A DNA stretch of 32,485 nucleotides from an uncultured Clostridia bacterium (GTDB lineage: Bacteria > Bacillota > Clostridia > Peptostreptococcales > Anaerovoracaceae). Positions 16,863-26,520 of this stretch are shown in pieces. The translations under genes and the position numbers were made by a program. The stretch spans positions 1 to 32,485 of the forward strand of contig CALFUG010000191.1 of assembly GCA_937928455.1 (NCBI GenBank). The letters are read 5' to 3'. The notes under the pieces were generated by a model, which had not been told where the DNA came from, made no database searches, and worked only from the letters and a program-made list of their open reading frames with translations. The number at the start of each line of letters is the position of its first letter. Within the stretch, counting starts at the first letter, position 1.

Positions 16863-18062
16863 ATGAAGGTATTGGTTATTAACTGTGGGAGTTCTTCGCT
16901 GAAGTATCAAGTTTTGGACATGACCAACGAAGCACTCTTGGCAAAGGGCTTGGTAGAGAGAATTGGTATCAAGGGCTCCATTATCAATCACGAGAAGACA
17001 GGACAAGAAAAATTTAAGTTGGAAATACCCATGAAAGATCACAAGGATGCCATCGGCCATGTGCTGGAAGCTCTTCTGGATAAGGACCATGGTGTTCTGG
17101 CCTCCATGGAAGACATTGGGGCGGTAGGTCATCGAGTGGTTCACGCAGGAGAAAAATACGCATATTCTGTGAAAATTACCCAGGATGTTATCGATGCATT
17201 AGAAGAATGTACGGACTTGGCACCACTACATAACCCCCCGAATTTATTGGGGATTGCTGCCTGCAAGGAATTGATGCCCAATACACCTATGGTGGGAGTC
17301 TTTGACACGGCTTTTCATCAAACTATGAACCCGGAAGTGTTTATATATGCCATTCCTTATGAATATTATGATAAGTATCGAGTACGACGATATGGGTTCC
17401 ACGGAACATCCCATAAATATGTGGCGGAACGTGCCGCTGAAATTCTCGGAAAGGATTCCAACAACTTCAAGGTAATCACATGTCATCTCGGAAACGGAGC
17501 CTCTATCACCGCTGTTAAAGACGGGAAATGTATCAATACTTCTATGGGCTTTACTCCTTTAGAGGGACTTGTAATGGGCACCCGTTCCGGCGATATTGAC
17601 CCCGCCATTATTTCTTTCCTTGCGGAGAAAGAGGGTATTAGTGTGGACGCAGTGAATACCATTCTTAACAAAAAATCCGGGGTTATGGGAATTTCCGGAG
17701 TATCCTCTGACTTTCGAGACTTGGAGACTGCCGCAGAAGAAGGCAATCAGAGAGCCGAGCTGGCCATCAAGGTTTTTGCACATCGCGTAAAATTCTATAT
17801 TGGCGCCTACATTGCAGAATTAAACGGTGCAGATGCCATTGTTTTCACCGCAGGTGTGGGAGAAAATGATATCGGTATGAGAGCATTGATTTTACAAGAA
17901 ATGGATCACTTGGGTATTCGTTTAGACGAACAAGCAAACGATGTACGGGGAAAGGAAAGGATTATTTCAACAGAAGATTCAAAGGTCAAAGTACTGCTGG
18001 TTCCCACCAATGAAGAATTGATGATTGCTAGAGATACATACCACATCGTTTCCGGAGCTTAG
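16863..18062 (+). CDS. ackA: Acetate kinase
   Basis: [24 protein letters not shown]-like [28 protein letters not shown], and TNEELMIA are all canonical AckA motifs. RBS AGGAGG. Confidence 0.97.
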   Translation: MKVLVINCGSSSLKYQVLDMTNEALLAKGLVERIGIKGSIINHEKTGQEKFKLEIPMKDHKDAIGHVLEALLDKDHGVLASMEDIGAVGHRVVHAGEKYAYSVKITQDVIDALEECTDLAPLHNPPNLLGIAACKELMPNTPMVGVFDTAFHQTMNPEVFIYAIPYEYYDKYRVRRYGFHGTSHKYVAERAAEILGKDSNNFKVITCHLGNGASITAVKDGKCINTSMGFTPLEGLVMGTRSGDIDPAIISFLAEKEGISVDAVNTILNKKSGVMGISGVSSDFRDLETAAEEGNQRAELAIKVFAHRVKFYIGAYIAELNGADAIVFTAGVGENDIGMRALILQEMDHLGIRLDEQANDVRGKERIISTEDSKVKVLLVPTNEELMIARDTYHIVSGA

Positions 18063-18096
18063 GATCCGCCTCCCAAATGATTGTGTAAAATAATGG

Positions 18097-18125
18097 TTGA
18101 CAAGAATAGTGTGCCTTTATATAAT
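18097..18125 (+). promoter_or_regulatory. Sigma-A promoter of rpmF
   Basis: Consensus -35 TTGACA (18097-18102), 17-nt spacer, consensus -10 TATAAT (18120-18125). Confidence 0.6.
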
Positions 18126-18177
18126 AAAATGGTTCGAAAATAGACTTTTGAGCAATATCTTGTAAGGAGGTGTAGAA

Positions 18178-18357
18178 ATGGCAGTTCCAAAAAATAGGAC
18201 TTCCAGTGCCAGAAGAGACAAAAGAAGAGCCCCGAATATGAAGATGAAGGCCCCCGGATTATCCACTTGTCCGCAGTGCCACGAGCCAAAGCTTCCTCAT
18301 CGAGTTTGCCCAAATTGCAACTATTATGACGGGAAAGAAATTGTACCTGAAGCATAG
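18178..18357 (+). CDS. rpmF: 50S ribosomal protein L32 (59 aa; absent from the supplied ORF track)
   Basis: My own translation is [55 protein letters not shown]. This shows the L32 MAVPK.R.S..R...RR signature and a CxxC...CxxC zinc ribbon. RBS AAGGAGG lies 7 nt upstream. Confidence 0.9.
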   Translation: MAVPKNRTSSARRDKRRAPNMKMKAPGLSTCPQCHEPKLPHRVCPNCNYYDGKEIVPEA

Positions 18358-18368
18358 GAAAAACAGTG

Positions 18369-18397
18369 AACAGCGCAGAAATACTGCGCTGTTTTTT
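18369..18397 (+). terminator. Rho-independent terminator after rpmF
   Basis: 10-bp stem AACAGCGCAG / CTGCGCTGTT, 5-nt loop, T6 tract. Confidence 0.8.
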
Positions 18398-18435
18398 ATA
18401 CACCAGGAAAAATTTGTTATAATTCACAAATACTC

Positions 18436-18464
18436 TTGACATTTATTGTTCGATTCGATAATAT
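18436..18464 (+). promoter_or_regulatory. Sigma-A promoter of the T-box leader
   Basis: -35 TTGACA (18436-18441), 17-nt spacer, -10 TAATAT (18459-18464). Confidence 0.5.
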
Positions 18465-18470
18465 ACTACT

Positions 18471-18733
18471 AATTTCATCACAAAGGCATTGACAGGGTAA
18501 AGTACTAGGTTTTTTTCCTCTACAGAGAATCGGACAAGCTGAGAACCGATGTGGAAAATCCAAAGGAAGTTCCCCCTCGAGCTGATTTGCTGAACCAATA
18601 GTAGGCAAATCCGGGTTCTCCCGTTATAGAGATAAGGGATGGCAACGTCTCTAAGTGGTCCAATGTGGACAATGAGAGTGGTACCGCGGGGAAACTCGTC
18701 TCTTTTATAGGAGGCGAGTTATTTATATTTTTG
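18471..18733 (+). promoter_or_regulatory. T-box riboswitch leader (tRNA-sensing transcription antitermination element)
   Basis: Elements in canonical order: S-turn halves AGUA (18501-18504) and GAA (18566-18568); AG bulge AGAGA (18524-18528); distal loop GCUGAGA (18538-18544) closed by ATCGG/CCGAT; F-box CCGUUA (18621-18626); T-box AAUGAGAGUGGUACCGCG (18671-18688). The terminator stem is AACTCGTCTC/GAGGCGAGTT (18693-18720) followed by a U-rich tail. Confidence 0.85.
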
Positions 18734-18776
18734 AAAAAAAGGGAACAGAGAATATCTAGAAATGAGAGGGAACAAT

Positions 18777-20084
18777 ATGATATGGAATGAACCAAAAGAA
18801 TGCATGGATCGGGAAGAAATGACCCACTTACAAGGGAAAAGACTACGCAGCACAGTGGAGAAGGTGTACCAGAATGTCCCGTTTTATCGTAGAAAAATGC
18901 AGGAGCTGGGCGTAGAACCCGAGGATATCCGCAGGATAGAAGATATTAAATATTTGCCCTTTACTACAAAACAAGACCTGCGTGATAATTATCCCTACGG
19001 TTTGATGGCAGTAGCCCCCAGTGAGGTGGTAAGATTACACGCCTCCTCCGGCACGACAGGAAAACCTACGGTAGTGGGATATACCCGAAAAGATATTGAT
19101 ATGTTTTCGGAGAATGTGGCACGTTCTATATGTTGCACCGGCGGCAACAGAGATGACGTCGTACAGGTAGCCTATGGGTATGGCCTTTTCACAGGAGGAC
19201 TTGGTCTTCATTACGGTGCAGAAAAAATAGGGGCTGCGGTAGTTCCCATATCGGGAGGGAATACCATGAAGCAGCTGACGCTTCTTCAAGATTTTGGGAG
19301 TACTATTCTTGCTTGTACACCGTCCTATGCCATGCATTTAGCAGAAGTGTTGGCGGAAAATAATATAGACCCGGCTTCTTTAAAACTACGCATTGGCATA
19401 TTTGGCGCAGAGCCCTGGAGCCATGAAATGAAAGAAAAAATTGAAAAAGGCTTACATATCAAAGCTTATGATATTTATGGGCTCAGCGAGGTAATGGGCC
19501 CCGGAGTATCCTGTGCATGTGGCATAGGAGAGGGTCTTCATGTGGCAGAAGACCATTTTTACCCAGAAATAGTAAATCCGGAAACATTAGAATCCCTGGA
19601 AAACGGAGAGTTGGGAGAACTGGTTTTCACGCACTTAACAAAGGAAGCCATGCCATTATTGCGGTATCGTACGCGAGACCTAACTTATCTGAACGATACA
19701 CCATGTGACTGTGGAAGAACGAATGTACGAATGGCTTCGGTTAAGGGACGATCGGATGACATGCTCATCATAAGAGGAGTGAATGTTTTCCCATCTCAGG
19801 TAGAAAGTGTGTTGCTCAGTATACCAGAAGCCAAACCACACTATCTGTTAGTGGTAGAGAGGAAAGGGGCGATGGATACCTTAGAAGTAAAGGTGGAAAT
19901 CGATGAGACCTATTTCTCCGATGAAATAAATGCGATAAATATATTAAAAAACCGCATACGACATCAAGTAGAAAGTACGTTAGGCATCAGTATCAAGTTG
20001 ACCATAGTAGAGCCCAAAGCTCTAGAACGTAGCGAAGGCAAGGCGAAGCGAGTATTGGATCTTCGGAAGGAGGAGGAAAAATGA
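18777..20084 (+). CDS. paaK: Phenylacetate-CoA ligase family (PaaK-like aryl/acyl-CoA ligase, ANL superfamily)
   Basis: WN...E.M.REE...[33 protein letters not shown], and [14 protein letters not shown] are PaaK hallmarks. ATG 18777 follows the RBS GAGAGGG. ATG 18762 from the ORF track has no RBS. Confidence 0.88.
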   Translation: MIWNEPKECMDREEMTHLQGKRLRSTVEKVYQNVPFYRRKMQELGVEPEDIRRIEDIKYLPFTTKQDLRDNYPYGLMAVAPSEVVRLHASSGTTGKPTVVGYTRKDIDMFSENVARSICCTGGNRDDVVQVAYGYGLFTGGLGLHYGAEKIGAAVVPISGGNTMKQLTLLQDFGSTILACTPSYAMHLAEVLAENNIDPASLKLRIGIFGAEPWSHEMKEKIEKGLHIKAYDIYGLSEVMGPGVSCACGIGEGLHVAEDHFYPEIVNPETLESLENGELGELVFTHLTKEAMPLLRYRTRDLTYLNDTPCDCGRTNVRMASVKGRSDDMLIIRGVNVFPSQVESVLLSIPEAKPHYLLVVERKGAMDTLEVKVEIDETYFSDEINAINILKNRIRHQVESTLGISIKLTIVEPKALERSEGKAKRVLDLRKEEEK

Positions 20085-20512
20085 TTGTAAAACAATTAAC
20101 TGCATTTCTACAAAATGAACCGGGACGTTTAGAAGAACTTACTTCCGTGTTGGAGCAAGAAAAGATCAATATATCTGCACTGAGTATCGCAGAGACAGAG
20201 GAATATGGAATCGTCCGCATGATTGTCAGTCATCCGGAAAAAGCGGAAGAAAGGTTAAAAAATGAAGGTTTCAGTGTAAAAACCACTCTTGTGATTGGTG
20301 TGGAAGTGCCGGACGAACCCGGTACACTCCATCATATTTTAAAACGTTGGGCAGATGGCGGAATCAATGTTCGATATATGTATGGTTATTCCAACTGCGG
20401 GGCCGCTCGTTTAATCATGAAGGTGAGCGACCCGGAAAAAGCCACTCAAATATTGGAGGAGGAAAACTTGTGGTCTACCGTTGGATGGAATGCAAAGGAT
20501 TGCATCATGTAA
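20081..20512 (+). CDS. Tandem ACT-domain (amino-acid-binding) protein
   Basis: 143 aa with two ACT-like repeats (L.NEPGRL..L...L....INI.AL; V.DEPG.LH.IL......GINV.Y.Y). The ATGA overlaps the paaK stop. This is the common PaaK partner gene. Confidence 0.8.
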   Translation: MIVKQLTAFLQNEPGRLEELTSVLEQEKINISALSIAETEEYGIVRMIVSHPEKAEERLKNEGFSVKTTLVIGVEVPDEPGTLHHILKRWADGGINVRYMYGYSNCGAARLIMKVSDPEKATQILEEENLWSTVGWNAKDCIM

Positions 20513-20549
20513 TGATTGAATCCATGGTGATTTCATAAGAAGAAACAGT

Positions 20550-20580
20550 AACAGCCGGTGAATCACCGGCTGTTTTATTT
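20550..20580. terminator. Bidirectional intrinsic terminator between the ACT gene and the convergent asd
   Basis: 11-bp perfect stem AACAGCCGGTG / CACCGGCTGTT, 3-nt loop, T-rich tail. An A-rich tract on the 5' side serves the opposite strand. Confidence 0.8.
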
Positions 20581-20604
20581 ATTGAAAGATATATTTAATT
20601 TTAC

Positions 20605-21603
20605 TTAAGCCATTTCAATCAAAAGCTCCGCAATTTGTACGGCATTGGTAGCGGCGCCCTTTCGTATATTATCCGCAACAACCCAAAGATTTAATCCATT
20701 TTCCAAGGAAAAATCTCTTCGAACTCGGCCCACATAAACCATATCGGTTCCTGCGGCATTTCTAGCCAGCGGATATACGTTTTCAGAAGGAGCATCTTCC
20801 AAAACAATGCCCGGTGATTCCAGAAACAATTTTTTTACGTCTTCCAATTCATACTCCCGTTTTAACTCCACATTGATAGATTCACTGTGACAGTCAAATA
20901 CCGGTACTCTTACGGTGGTAGCAGTTATTGCCATGGTATGGTCCCCCATAATTTTATGGGTCTCCTGTATCATTTTCATTTCTTCTTTTGTGTATCCATT
21001 TTCAAGAAATACATCAATTTGAGGAATACAGTTGTTGTAGATGGGGTGAGGGTATGCCACAGGAACATACTCATCATTCTTTCCGTTTTCCAAATCCTGA
21101 ATTCCTTTTAATCCGGAACCGGACACCGCTTGATATGTAGAGTACACGATTCTCTTTATCCCATAGCGATCCTGCAAAGGCTTCAAAGCTACCACCGCCT
21201 GAATCGTAGAACAATTGGGATTCGCGATGATTCCTCGATGCTTTTGGATATCCTGTGGATTCACCTCCGGAACAATCAAGGGCACGTTTTCATCCATGCG
21301 CCAAGCGCTGCTATTATCCACGACTATGGCTCCCTTGGAGGCTGCAATAGGGGCATATTTTAACGATGTACCGCCTCCCGCAGAAAACAAAGCAATGTCG
21401 ATATCTTTGTCAAAACTGTTCTCTGTTAATTCCTCCACGACATAATCTTTCCCTTTGAAAGATACCGTGGTTCCCGCTGACTTGGCAGATGCCATCATAT
21501 AGCATTCTTGAAACGGAAAGTTTCTTTCCTCCAGAACTTTTAGAAATGTGGAGCCAACGAGGCCGGTTGCACCGACAATGGCAATATTTGGTTGTTTTTT
21601 CAT
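20605..21603 (-). CDS. asd: Aspartate-semialdehyde dehydrogenase
   Basis: MKKQPNIAIVGATGLVG (Rossmann), active-site IANPNCSTI, and YQAVSGSG. ATG 21603 follows GGAGG. The ORF-track start at 21645 adds 14 aa that have no RBS. Confidence 0.95.
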   Translation of the reverse strand: MKKQPNIAIVGATGLVGSTFLKVLEERNFPFQECYMMASAKSAGTTVSFKGKDYVVEELTENSFDKDIDIALFSAGGGTSLKYAPIAASKGAIVVDNSSAWRMDENVPLIVPEVNPQDIQKHRGIIANPNCSTIQAVVALKPLQDRYGIKRIVYSTYQAVSGSGLKGIQDLENGKNDEYVPVAYPHPIYNNCIPQIDVFLENGYTKEEMKMIQETHKIMGDHTMAITATTVRVPVFDCHSESINVELKREYELEDVKKLFLESPGIVLEDAPSENVYPLARNAAGTDMVYVGRVRRDFSLENGLNLWVVADNIRKGAATNAVQIAELLIEMA

Positions 21604-21748
21604 ATCCGTAACCCTCCTGAAATAATTACCCCTTATTATACACACTTTGCAAGGTATTGTAAGGGGTTTCGGGAAATATTCATATTTTTTTCCCTAGGGC
21701 TGTGGTATAATGATACCGCATATTTGGCATAGAAAGGGGACTCTTCAT

Positions 21749-22591
21749 TTGACGTACATTGAGGCTTTTATACTCGGATTAATCCAAGGGCTTGCAGAAT
21801 TCCTGCCCATTTCCAGTTCCGGTCATCTGGCCATACTCCAACATTTTTTTGAAATAGATGGAGAAAAAGTCCTTCCTTTTGCCGTATTGCTTCACGTGGG
21901 AACTTTGATATCCGTATTTATGGTTTATTGGAAGGACATCCTGGCGTTGTTTCGGGAGCTGGGTGCCACAATATCAGATATAATTTCCGGGAAAGGACTG
22001 CGATTGGACTCTTCGCCATTACGTAGACTGGGAGCCATGATTATCGTTGCAACCATACCAACTGGCATTATAGGCGTACTTTTTAATGATCTATTTGCTT
22101 CCATGTATTTGAGCTTGCCTTGGATTGCCATAGGACTCTTTTTGACAGGTATTCTGCTTTTTTTTGCGGAAAGAAAAGGAAAAAATACCCAAGCTACACA
22201 TCAAGAAGAAGGGATCAAGGTGCACCATGCATTATTCGTGGGAGTGTTCCAGGGAATTGCTATTTGGCCAGGCGTGTCTCGATCTGGGTCAACTTTGGTG
22301 GGAGGTCTGCTTTCCGGATTGGATCGAAATGTAGCAATCAAGTTTGCTTTTTTAATTTCGATTCCATCTATTCTGGGATCTGTTGTTATGGAGGCACCGG
22401 ATGCATTTCAAGAAGGTCTGGAAGCCTCTCTTATTGGCCCGATATTGCTTGGTATGGCGGTAGCCGCAGTCTCTGGATTTCTCGCTATTAAAACCATGCT
22501 TCGAGTGGTGGCCGGCAAAAGGCTATATTGGTTTAGCATCTACGTATGGACCTTGGCAGCGGCTTTGCTATTATATATCGTCTTGAATTAA
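21749..22591 (+). CDS. uppP: Undecaprenyl-diphosphate phosphatase (BacA/UppP)
   Basis: EAFILGLIQGLAEFLPISSSGHL and PGVSRSGSTL are the two UppP signature motifs. The protein is polytopic. TTG 21749 follows the RBS AAGGGGA. The alternative upstream ATG 21710 adds 13 non-conserved residues. Confidence 0.88.
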   Translation: MTYIEAFILGLIQGLAEFLPISSSGHLAILQHFFEIDGEKVLPFAVLLHVGTLISVFMVYWKDILALFRELGATISDIISGKGLRLDSSPLRRLGAMIIVATIPTGIIGVLFNDLFASMYLSLPWIAIGLFLTGILLFFAERKGKNTQATHQEEGIKVHHALFVGVFQGIAIWPGVSRSGSTLVGGLLSGLDRNVAIKFAFLISIPSILGSVVMEAPDAFQEGLEASLIGPILLGMAVAAVSGFLAIKTMLRVVAGKRLYWFSIYVWTLAAALLLYIVLN

Positions 22592-22610
22592 TTTCAAACA
22601 GGAGTTCATC

Positions 22611-25163
22611 ATGACAGAAACCAAACGGGGACCTGGAAGACCCCCCGGTTCGAAAAACAAAAACAACAAAGCAAAAGAAAGTCCCAAAAAGCCATCGAAA
22701 GAAACCAAGGCGAAAGAAGCCCAAGTTCGTGCAAAAACCGGTTCTCGAGTCAGGGACGAGATTTGGGCGATTATTTTGCTTGCCATTGGCGTATTTCTGG
22801 TGATTGCCCTACAAACCAATACGGCTGGGGAGTTTGGTCATATTCTATCTAACTTCCTGAAAGGGTGCTTTGGCATCATTGCCTTGGGATTACCCTATTA
22901 CCTTATCTTATATGGCCTGCTATTATTTGCGAAAAAAACCGTGCACATCACCGGAAGATCCGTATTTTTCTTGTTTATCATTTTCCTTATGGCTTGTATT
23001 ATCAATGCAGGAAGATTTATTCCGGAAGGTCCTGTGGCTCTATGGCCCATGGCATTTGGGGAGTTCTACCACCAAGGTACCCTTTTGAGCGGTGGGGGAC
23101 TGGTGGGCACCGTCCTCTCTCTTCTACTGGTGAAAGCTTTTGGGATGGTAGGTCTTTGGATTTTTTCCGTCGTGGTGATTTTCATCTGCCTTCTATTGGT
23201 GATCAATACTCCCGTATCACAATTTATCGAAACAATGGCTGAAAAGAGAGCGCGTAAAAAAGCGGGAATTGCCCATGAAAATATTTCTGAAGAGGAATCT
23301 CATACCACGACGCCTCCCGTAAAACCGGAGCCTGAAGAGAAAAAGGAAACACAACAAGGGCCCATAGTATCGAATTCTCCCGTGAAGGTGACCAACGAAA
23401 AAGAAGCTCAAGACATGGAAGATATGCTATCGGAAGAAGAACCTTCCTATCAACCGGGTAAAATGTCAGAAGGCCAATTAAAGATTTTAAGGCTGATGAA
23501 CGATGATTCTTTATTCGAACCAAATAAAGAACATGTGTCAGGAATGGGTCTGGATGGCACCATGCCGATTCCAACCGGATACGGACTAGCCGATAGCAAT
23601 AATAAAGAAGAATCCGGGGAAGAAATCGTTTTGGCCGAAAAATCCGAAAAGGGAGCCAAAGATAAAAATACCGATGATACAAAATCAATTAGCGCACCTT
23701 CGACGAGAAAATATGAGTTTCCTCCACTGACACTATTATTAGAAAATAAAACCAAAGGAGACCAAGTAGATTCCGGTGCTTTACGGAACAGAGCCGCCAA
23801 ACTGGAAGAAACGCTACGTAATTTCAATGTAGGCGCCAAAGTTCTCCAGGTAACCCAAGGACCCACAGTAACCCGGTATGAAATTCAACCAGAGGTGGGA
23901 GTTAAGGTCAACAGTATTACTCGGTTGGCAGACGATATTGCATTAAATTTGGAAGCAAAAAGCATTCGAATTGAAGCGCCAATTCCCGGAAAAGCAGCGG
24001 TTGGTATTGAAGTGGAAAACGAAAGAGTCAATTTAGTTACTATAAGAGAAATGATTGGTTCGAAAGAGTTTAAAAGTGCCAAATCAAAAATTGCTTTTGC
24101 CATTGGAAAGGATTTATCCGGAATGCCCATTGTGGCAGATCTCAAAGAAATGCCACACCTATTGATTGCAGGATCTACCGGAAGCGGGAAAAGTGTGTGC
24201 ATTAATTCCATTTTGACCTCTCTTCTGTATCGCGCAAAGCCGGATGAGGTAAAACTGGTTCTCATTGACCCCAAGGTGGTGGAATTGGGAAGCTATAATG
24301 GAATACCCCATTTGTTGATTCCTGTTGTGACGGATCCTTCTAAGGCCGCAGCGGCTCTAAACTGGGCCGTGTCAGAAATGACGGATCGTTATAAGAGATT
24401 TGCAGAAGTCTCGGTCAGAGATTTAGAACATTATAACGAAAAAATGAAATCAGAGGGCTTGTTAGAAAAGCTTTTGCCTCAAATTGTGATTATCATTGAT
24501 GAGTTGGCAGATTTGATGATGGCCGCACCCAACCAAGTGGAGGAATCTATTTGCCGGTTGGCCCAAATGGCGCGAGCGGCAGGAATGCACTTGATTGTTG
24601 CTACCCAGAGACCTTCTGTCGATATCATCACCGGCGTAATAAAAGCAAATATTCCATCCCGTATCGCATTTGCAGTATCCAGTCAATTTGACTCCCGCAC
24701 AATATTAGATATGAGTGGCGCAGAAAAACTGGTAGGAAAAGGGGACATGTTGTTTAGTCCCCAAAGCCTCAATAAACCCATACGATTACAGGGTTCATTT
24801 ATTACGGATGGAGAAGTCGCCAAGGTTATTGAATTTGTGAAAGCCCAAGGAAATGATCCGGATTACCAAGAACACATTTTGGAGAGCATTGAGAAAAACG
24901 GTGACAAAGAGACTTCCGATGATCATGATGAGCTATTGGAGGATGCCATCGAAACGGTTATAAGAGCCGGCCAAGCCTCCGTTTCCATGCTACAGAGAAG
25001 ATTTCGAATCGGATATAATCGAGCGGCCAGAATGATCGATATGATGGAAGCCCGTCATATCATAGGACCGGCTGATGGTTCTAGACCGAGACAGGTGCTG
25101 TGGACCGAAGTAGACCTATATGCAATGAAAGGCATATCCTTAGAAGAAGATACAGAGGACTGA
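22611..25163 (+). CDS. ftsK: DNA translocase FtsK/SpoIIIE
   Basis: Basic N-terminal tail, four or more TM helices, an acidic/Pro-rich linker, the motor domain with Walker A GSTGSGKS and Walker B VIIIDELADLMM, and a C-terminal gamma winged helix (SVSMLQRRFRIGYNRAARMID). Confidence 0.95.
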   Translation: MTETKRGPGRPPGSKNKNNKAKESPKKPSKETKAKEAQVRAKTGSRVRDEIWAIILLAIGVFLVIALQTNTAGEFGHILSNFLKGCFGIIALGLPYYLILYGLLLFAKKTVHITGRSVFFLFIIFLMACIINAGRFIPEGPVALWPMAFGEFYHQGTLLSGGGLVGTVLSLLLVKAFGMVGLWIFSVVVIFICLLLVINTPVSQFIETMAEKRARKKAGIAHENISEEESHTTTPPVKPEPEEKKETQQGPIVSNSPVKVTNEKEAQDMEDMLSEEEPSYQPGKMSEGQLKILRLMNDDSLFEPNKEHVSGMGLDGTMPIPTGYGLADSNNKEESGEEIVLAEKSEKGAKDKNTDDTKSISAPSTRKYEFPPLTLLLENKTKGDQVDSGALRNRAAKLEETLRNFNVGAKVLQVTQGPTVTRYEIQPEVGVKVNSITRLADDIALNLEAKSIRIEAPIPGKAAVGIEVENERVNLVTIREMIGSKEFKSAKSKIAFAIGKDLSGMPIVADLKEMPHLLIAGSTGSGKSVCINSILTSLLYRAKPDEVKLVLIDPKVVELGSYNGIPHLLIPVVTDPSKAAAALNWAVSEMTDRYKRFAEVSVRDLEHYNEKMKSEGLLEKLLPQIVIIIDELADLMMAAPNQVEESICRLAQMARAAGMHLIVATQRPSVDIITGVIKANIPSRIAFAVSSQFDSRTILDMSGAEKLVGKGDMLFSPQSLNKPIRLQGSFITDGEVAKVIEFVKAQGNDPDYQEHILESIEKNGDKETSDDHDELLEDAIETVIRAGQASVSMLQRRFRIGYNRAARMIDMMEARHIIGPADGSRPRQVLWTEVDLYAMKGISLEEDTED

Positions 25164-25167
25164 ACGA

Positions 25168-26520
25168 ATGAAAATTTTTATGGACACACTAGGTTGTCCC
25201 AAAAACGTGAATGACACACAACATGCCTGCGGCCTACTTATGGCAGCGGGCCATGTTTTTGTGGAGAATCCAGGAGCAGCGGATGTGGTCATTGTCAATA
25301 CATGCGGCTTCATTCAAGATGCGAAGAGAGAATCCGTATATCGAATCTTAGAGTTAACCCAAGAGAAAAAAAAGGAAGCATTTCTTGTGGTGACCGGATG
25401 TCTTTCTATGAGATATAGCGAAGAATTGTATCAGGAAATAGAAGAAGTGGATTTGTTGGTAGGTGTAAACGACTACATTCAGCTTCCTCGTTTAATCGGT
25501 GAATTGAAGAAAGGCCAGCGCAGCATTCATTGCACTTCTGAACCTGCAGAGTTTATGAGTTATGAATGTCGAAGGATGGAATCAGAGCCATATTCCATGA
25601 CTTTAAGAATATCCGAAGGCTGTGATAACCATTGCACTTATTGTGTCATTCCGCAAATTCGCGGCAGTTTCCGGAGTCGGCCCATAGAAGAAATTCTAAG
25701 CGAAGCTAGCTACTTCGCAGAAAAGGGGTGCCGGGAATTTATTTTAATCGCACAGGATGTCACCTTATATGGAGCTGATTTATATAACAAAATAAAATTG
25801 CCGGAGCTATTGAGAAAACTATGCCAAATTCCCAAGATAAAATGGATTCGCTTGATGTATTGCTATGAGGATCGCATTACCGATGAATTGTTGGAAGTGA
25901 TGGCATCAGAGTCTAAAATTTGTCCTTATATCGATATGCCTATTCAACATTTGGCGGATGGAATACTCCACAGAATGCATCGCCGTTCTACATTAAAATC
26001 CATCCAAAATACAGTTCGTAGGTTGCGGGAAAAAGTCCCGAATATTCACATACGCACCACCTTAATTACTGGTTTTCCTGGTGAAAGCGAAGAAGATTTC
26101 CAAACATTATTAAAGGGAGTGGATGAATTAAAATTCGAACGCCTCGGCGTATTTGCATATTCCCAAGAGGAAAGTACCCCTGCAGGTAAGATGGATGGCC
26201 AAATTCCGGAGGAAGAGCGGGAAGCAAGGAAAGAAGCCGTTATGCGTAAACAGCTAGAAATATCAAGAATACATAATCAAGCCAAAATCGGCAAAACCTT
26301 GGAGGTTTTAATAGAAGGAACAGAAGGAAATGAAACGTATTATGGAAGATCTTGCTTTGATGCTCCGGAAATTGACAATAGCGTATTAATTACCTCTTCG
26401 AAATTTCTCCATCCCGGTGATTTTGTCCATGTTCTGATAGAAGATGCCTTCGATTATGACTTAGTAGGCCGTTATATTTCTCATAGCACAGGAGGAACCA
26501 TTCATGAATTTACCAAATAA
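25168..26520 (+). CDS. rimO: Ribosomal protein S12 methylthiotransferase RimO (radical SAM MTTase)
   Basis: N-terminal UPF0004 Cys pattern (LGCPKN...NTCGF...TGC), radical-SAM CDNHCTYC, and a C-terminal TRAM domain. The LGCPKN start and rimO-pgsA-cinA-recA synteny favour RimO over MiaB. Confidence 0.85.
   Translation: MKIFMDTLGCPKNVNDTQHACGLLMAAGHVFVENPGAADVVIVNTCGFIQDAKRESVYRILELTQEKKKEAFLVVTGCLSMRYSEELYQEIEEVDLLVGVNDYIQLPRLIGELKKGQRSIHCTSEPAEFMSYECRRMESEPYSMTLRISEGCDNHCTYCVIPQIRGSFRSRPIEEILSEASYFAEKGCREFILIAQDVTLYGADLYNKIKLPELLRKLCQIPKIKWIRLMYCYEDRITDELLEVMASESKICPYIDMPIQHLADGILHRMHRRSTLKSIQNTVRRLREKVPNIHIRTTLITGFPGESEEDFQTLLKGVDELKFERLGVFAYSQEESTPAGKMDGQIPEEEREARKEAVMRKQLEISRIHNQAKIGKTLEVLIEGTEGNETYYGRSCFDAPEIDNSVLITSSKFLHPGDFVHVLIEDAFDYDLVGRYISHSTGGTIHEFTK

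Noticed and set aside
18059-18795. Minus-strand ORFs of 127, 63 and 91 aa across the ackA-rpmF-T-box region.
   Set aside because: They are antisense to rpmF, two terminators, two consensus promoters and the T-box leader. They have no protein-like features.
21604-21748. Inverted repeat CCCCTTA-N24-TAAGGGG in the asd/uppP divergent spacer, considered as a riboswitch or operator for asd.
   Set aside because: It is too short for a lysine or other known riboswitch and matches no known operator consensus. It more likely belongs to the divergent promoters (TGgTATAAT for uppP).
22865-23866. Several 125-154-aa ORFs in alternative frames and strands inside ftsK.
   Set aside because: They lie within the FtsK TM and linker region, whose own frame has coherent TM helices and motor motifs. 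The alternative frames are low-complexity and lack start contexts.
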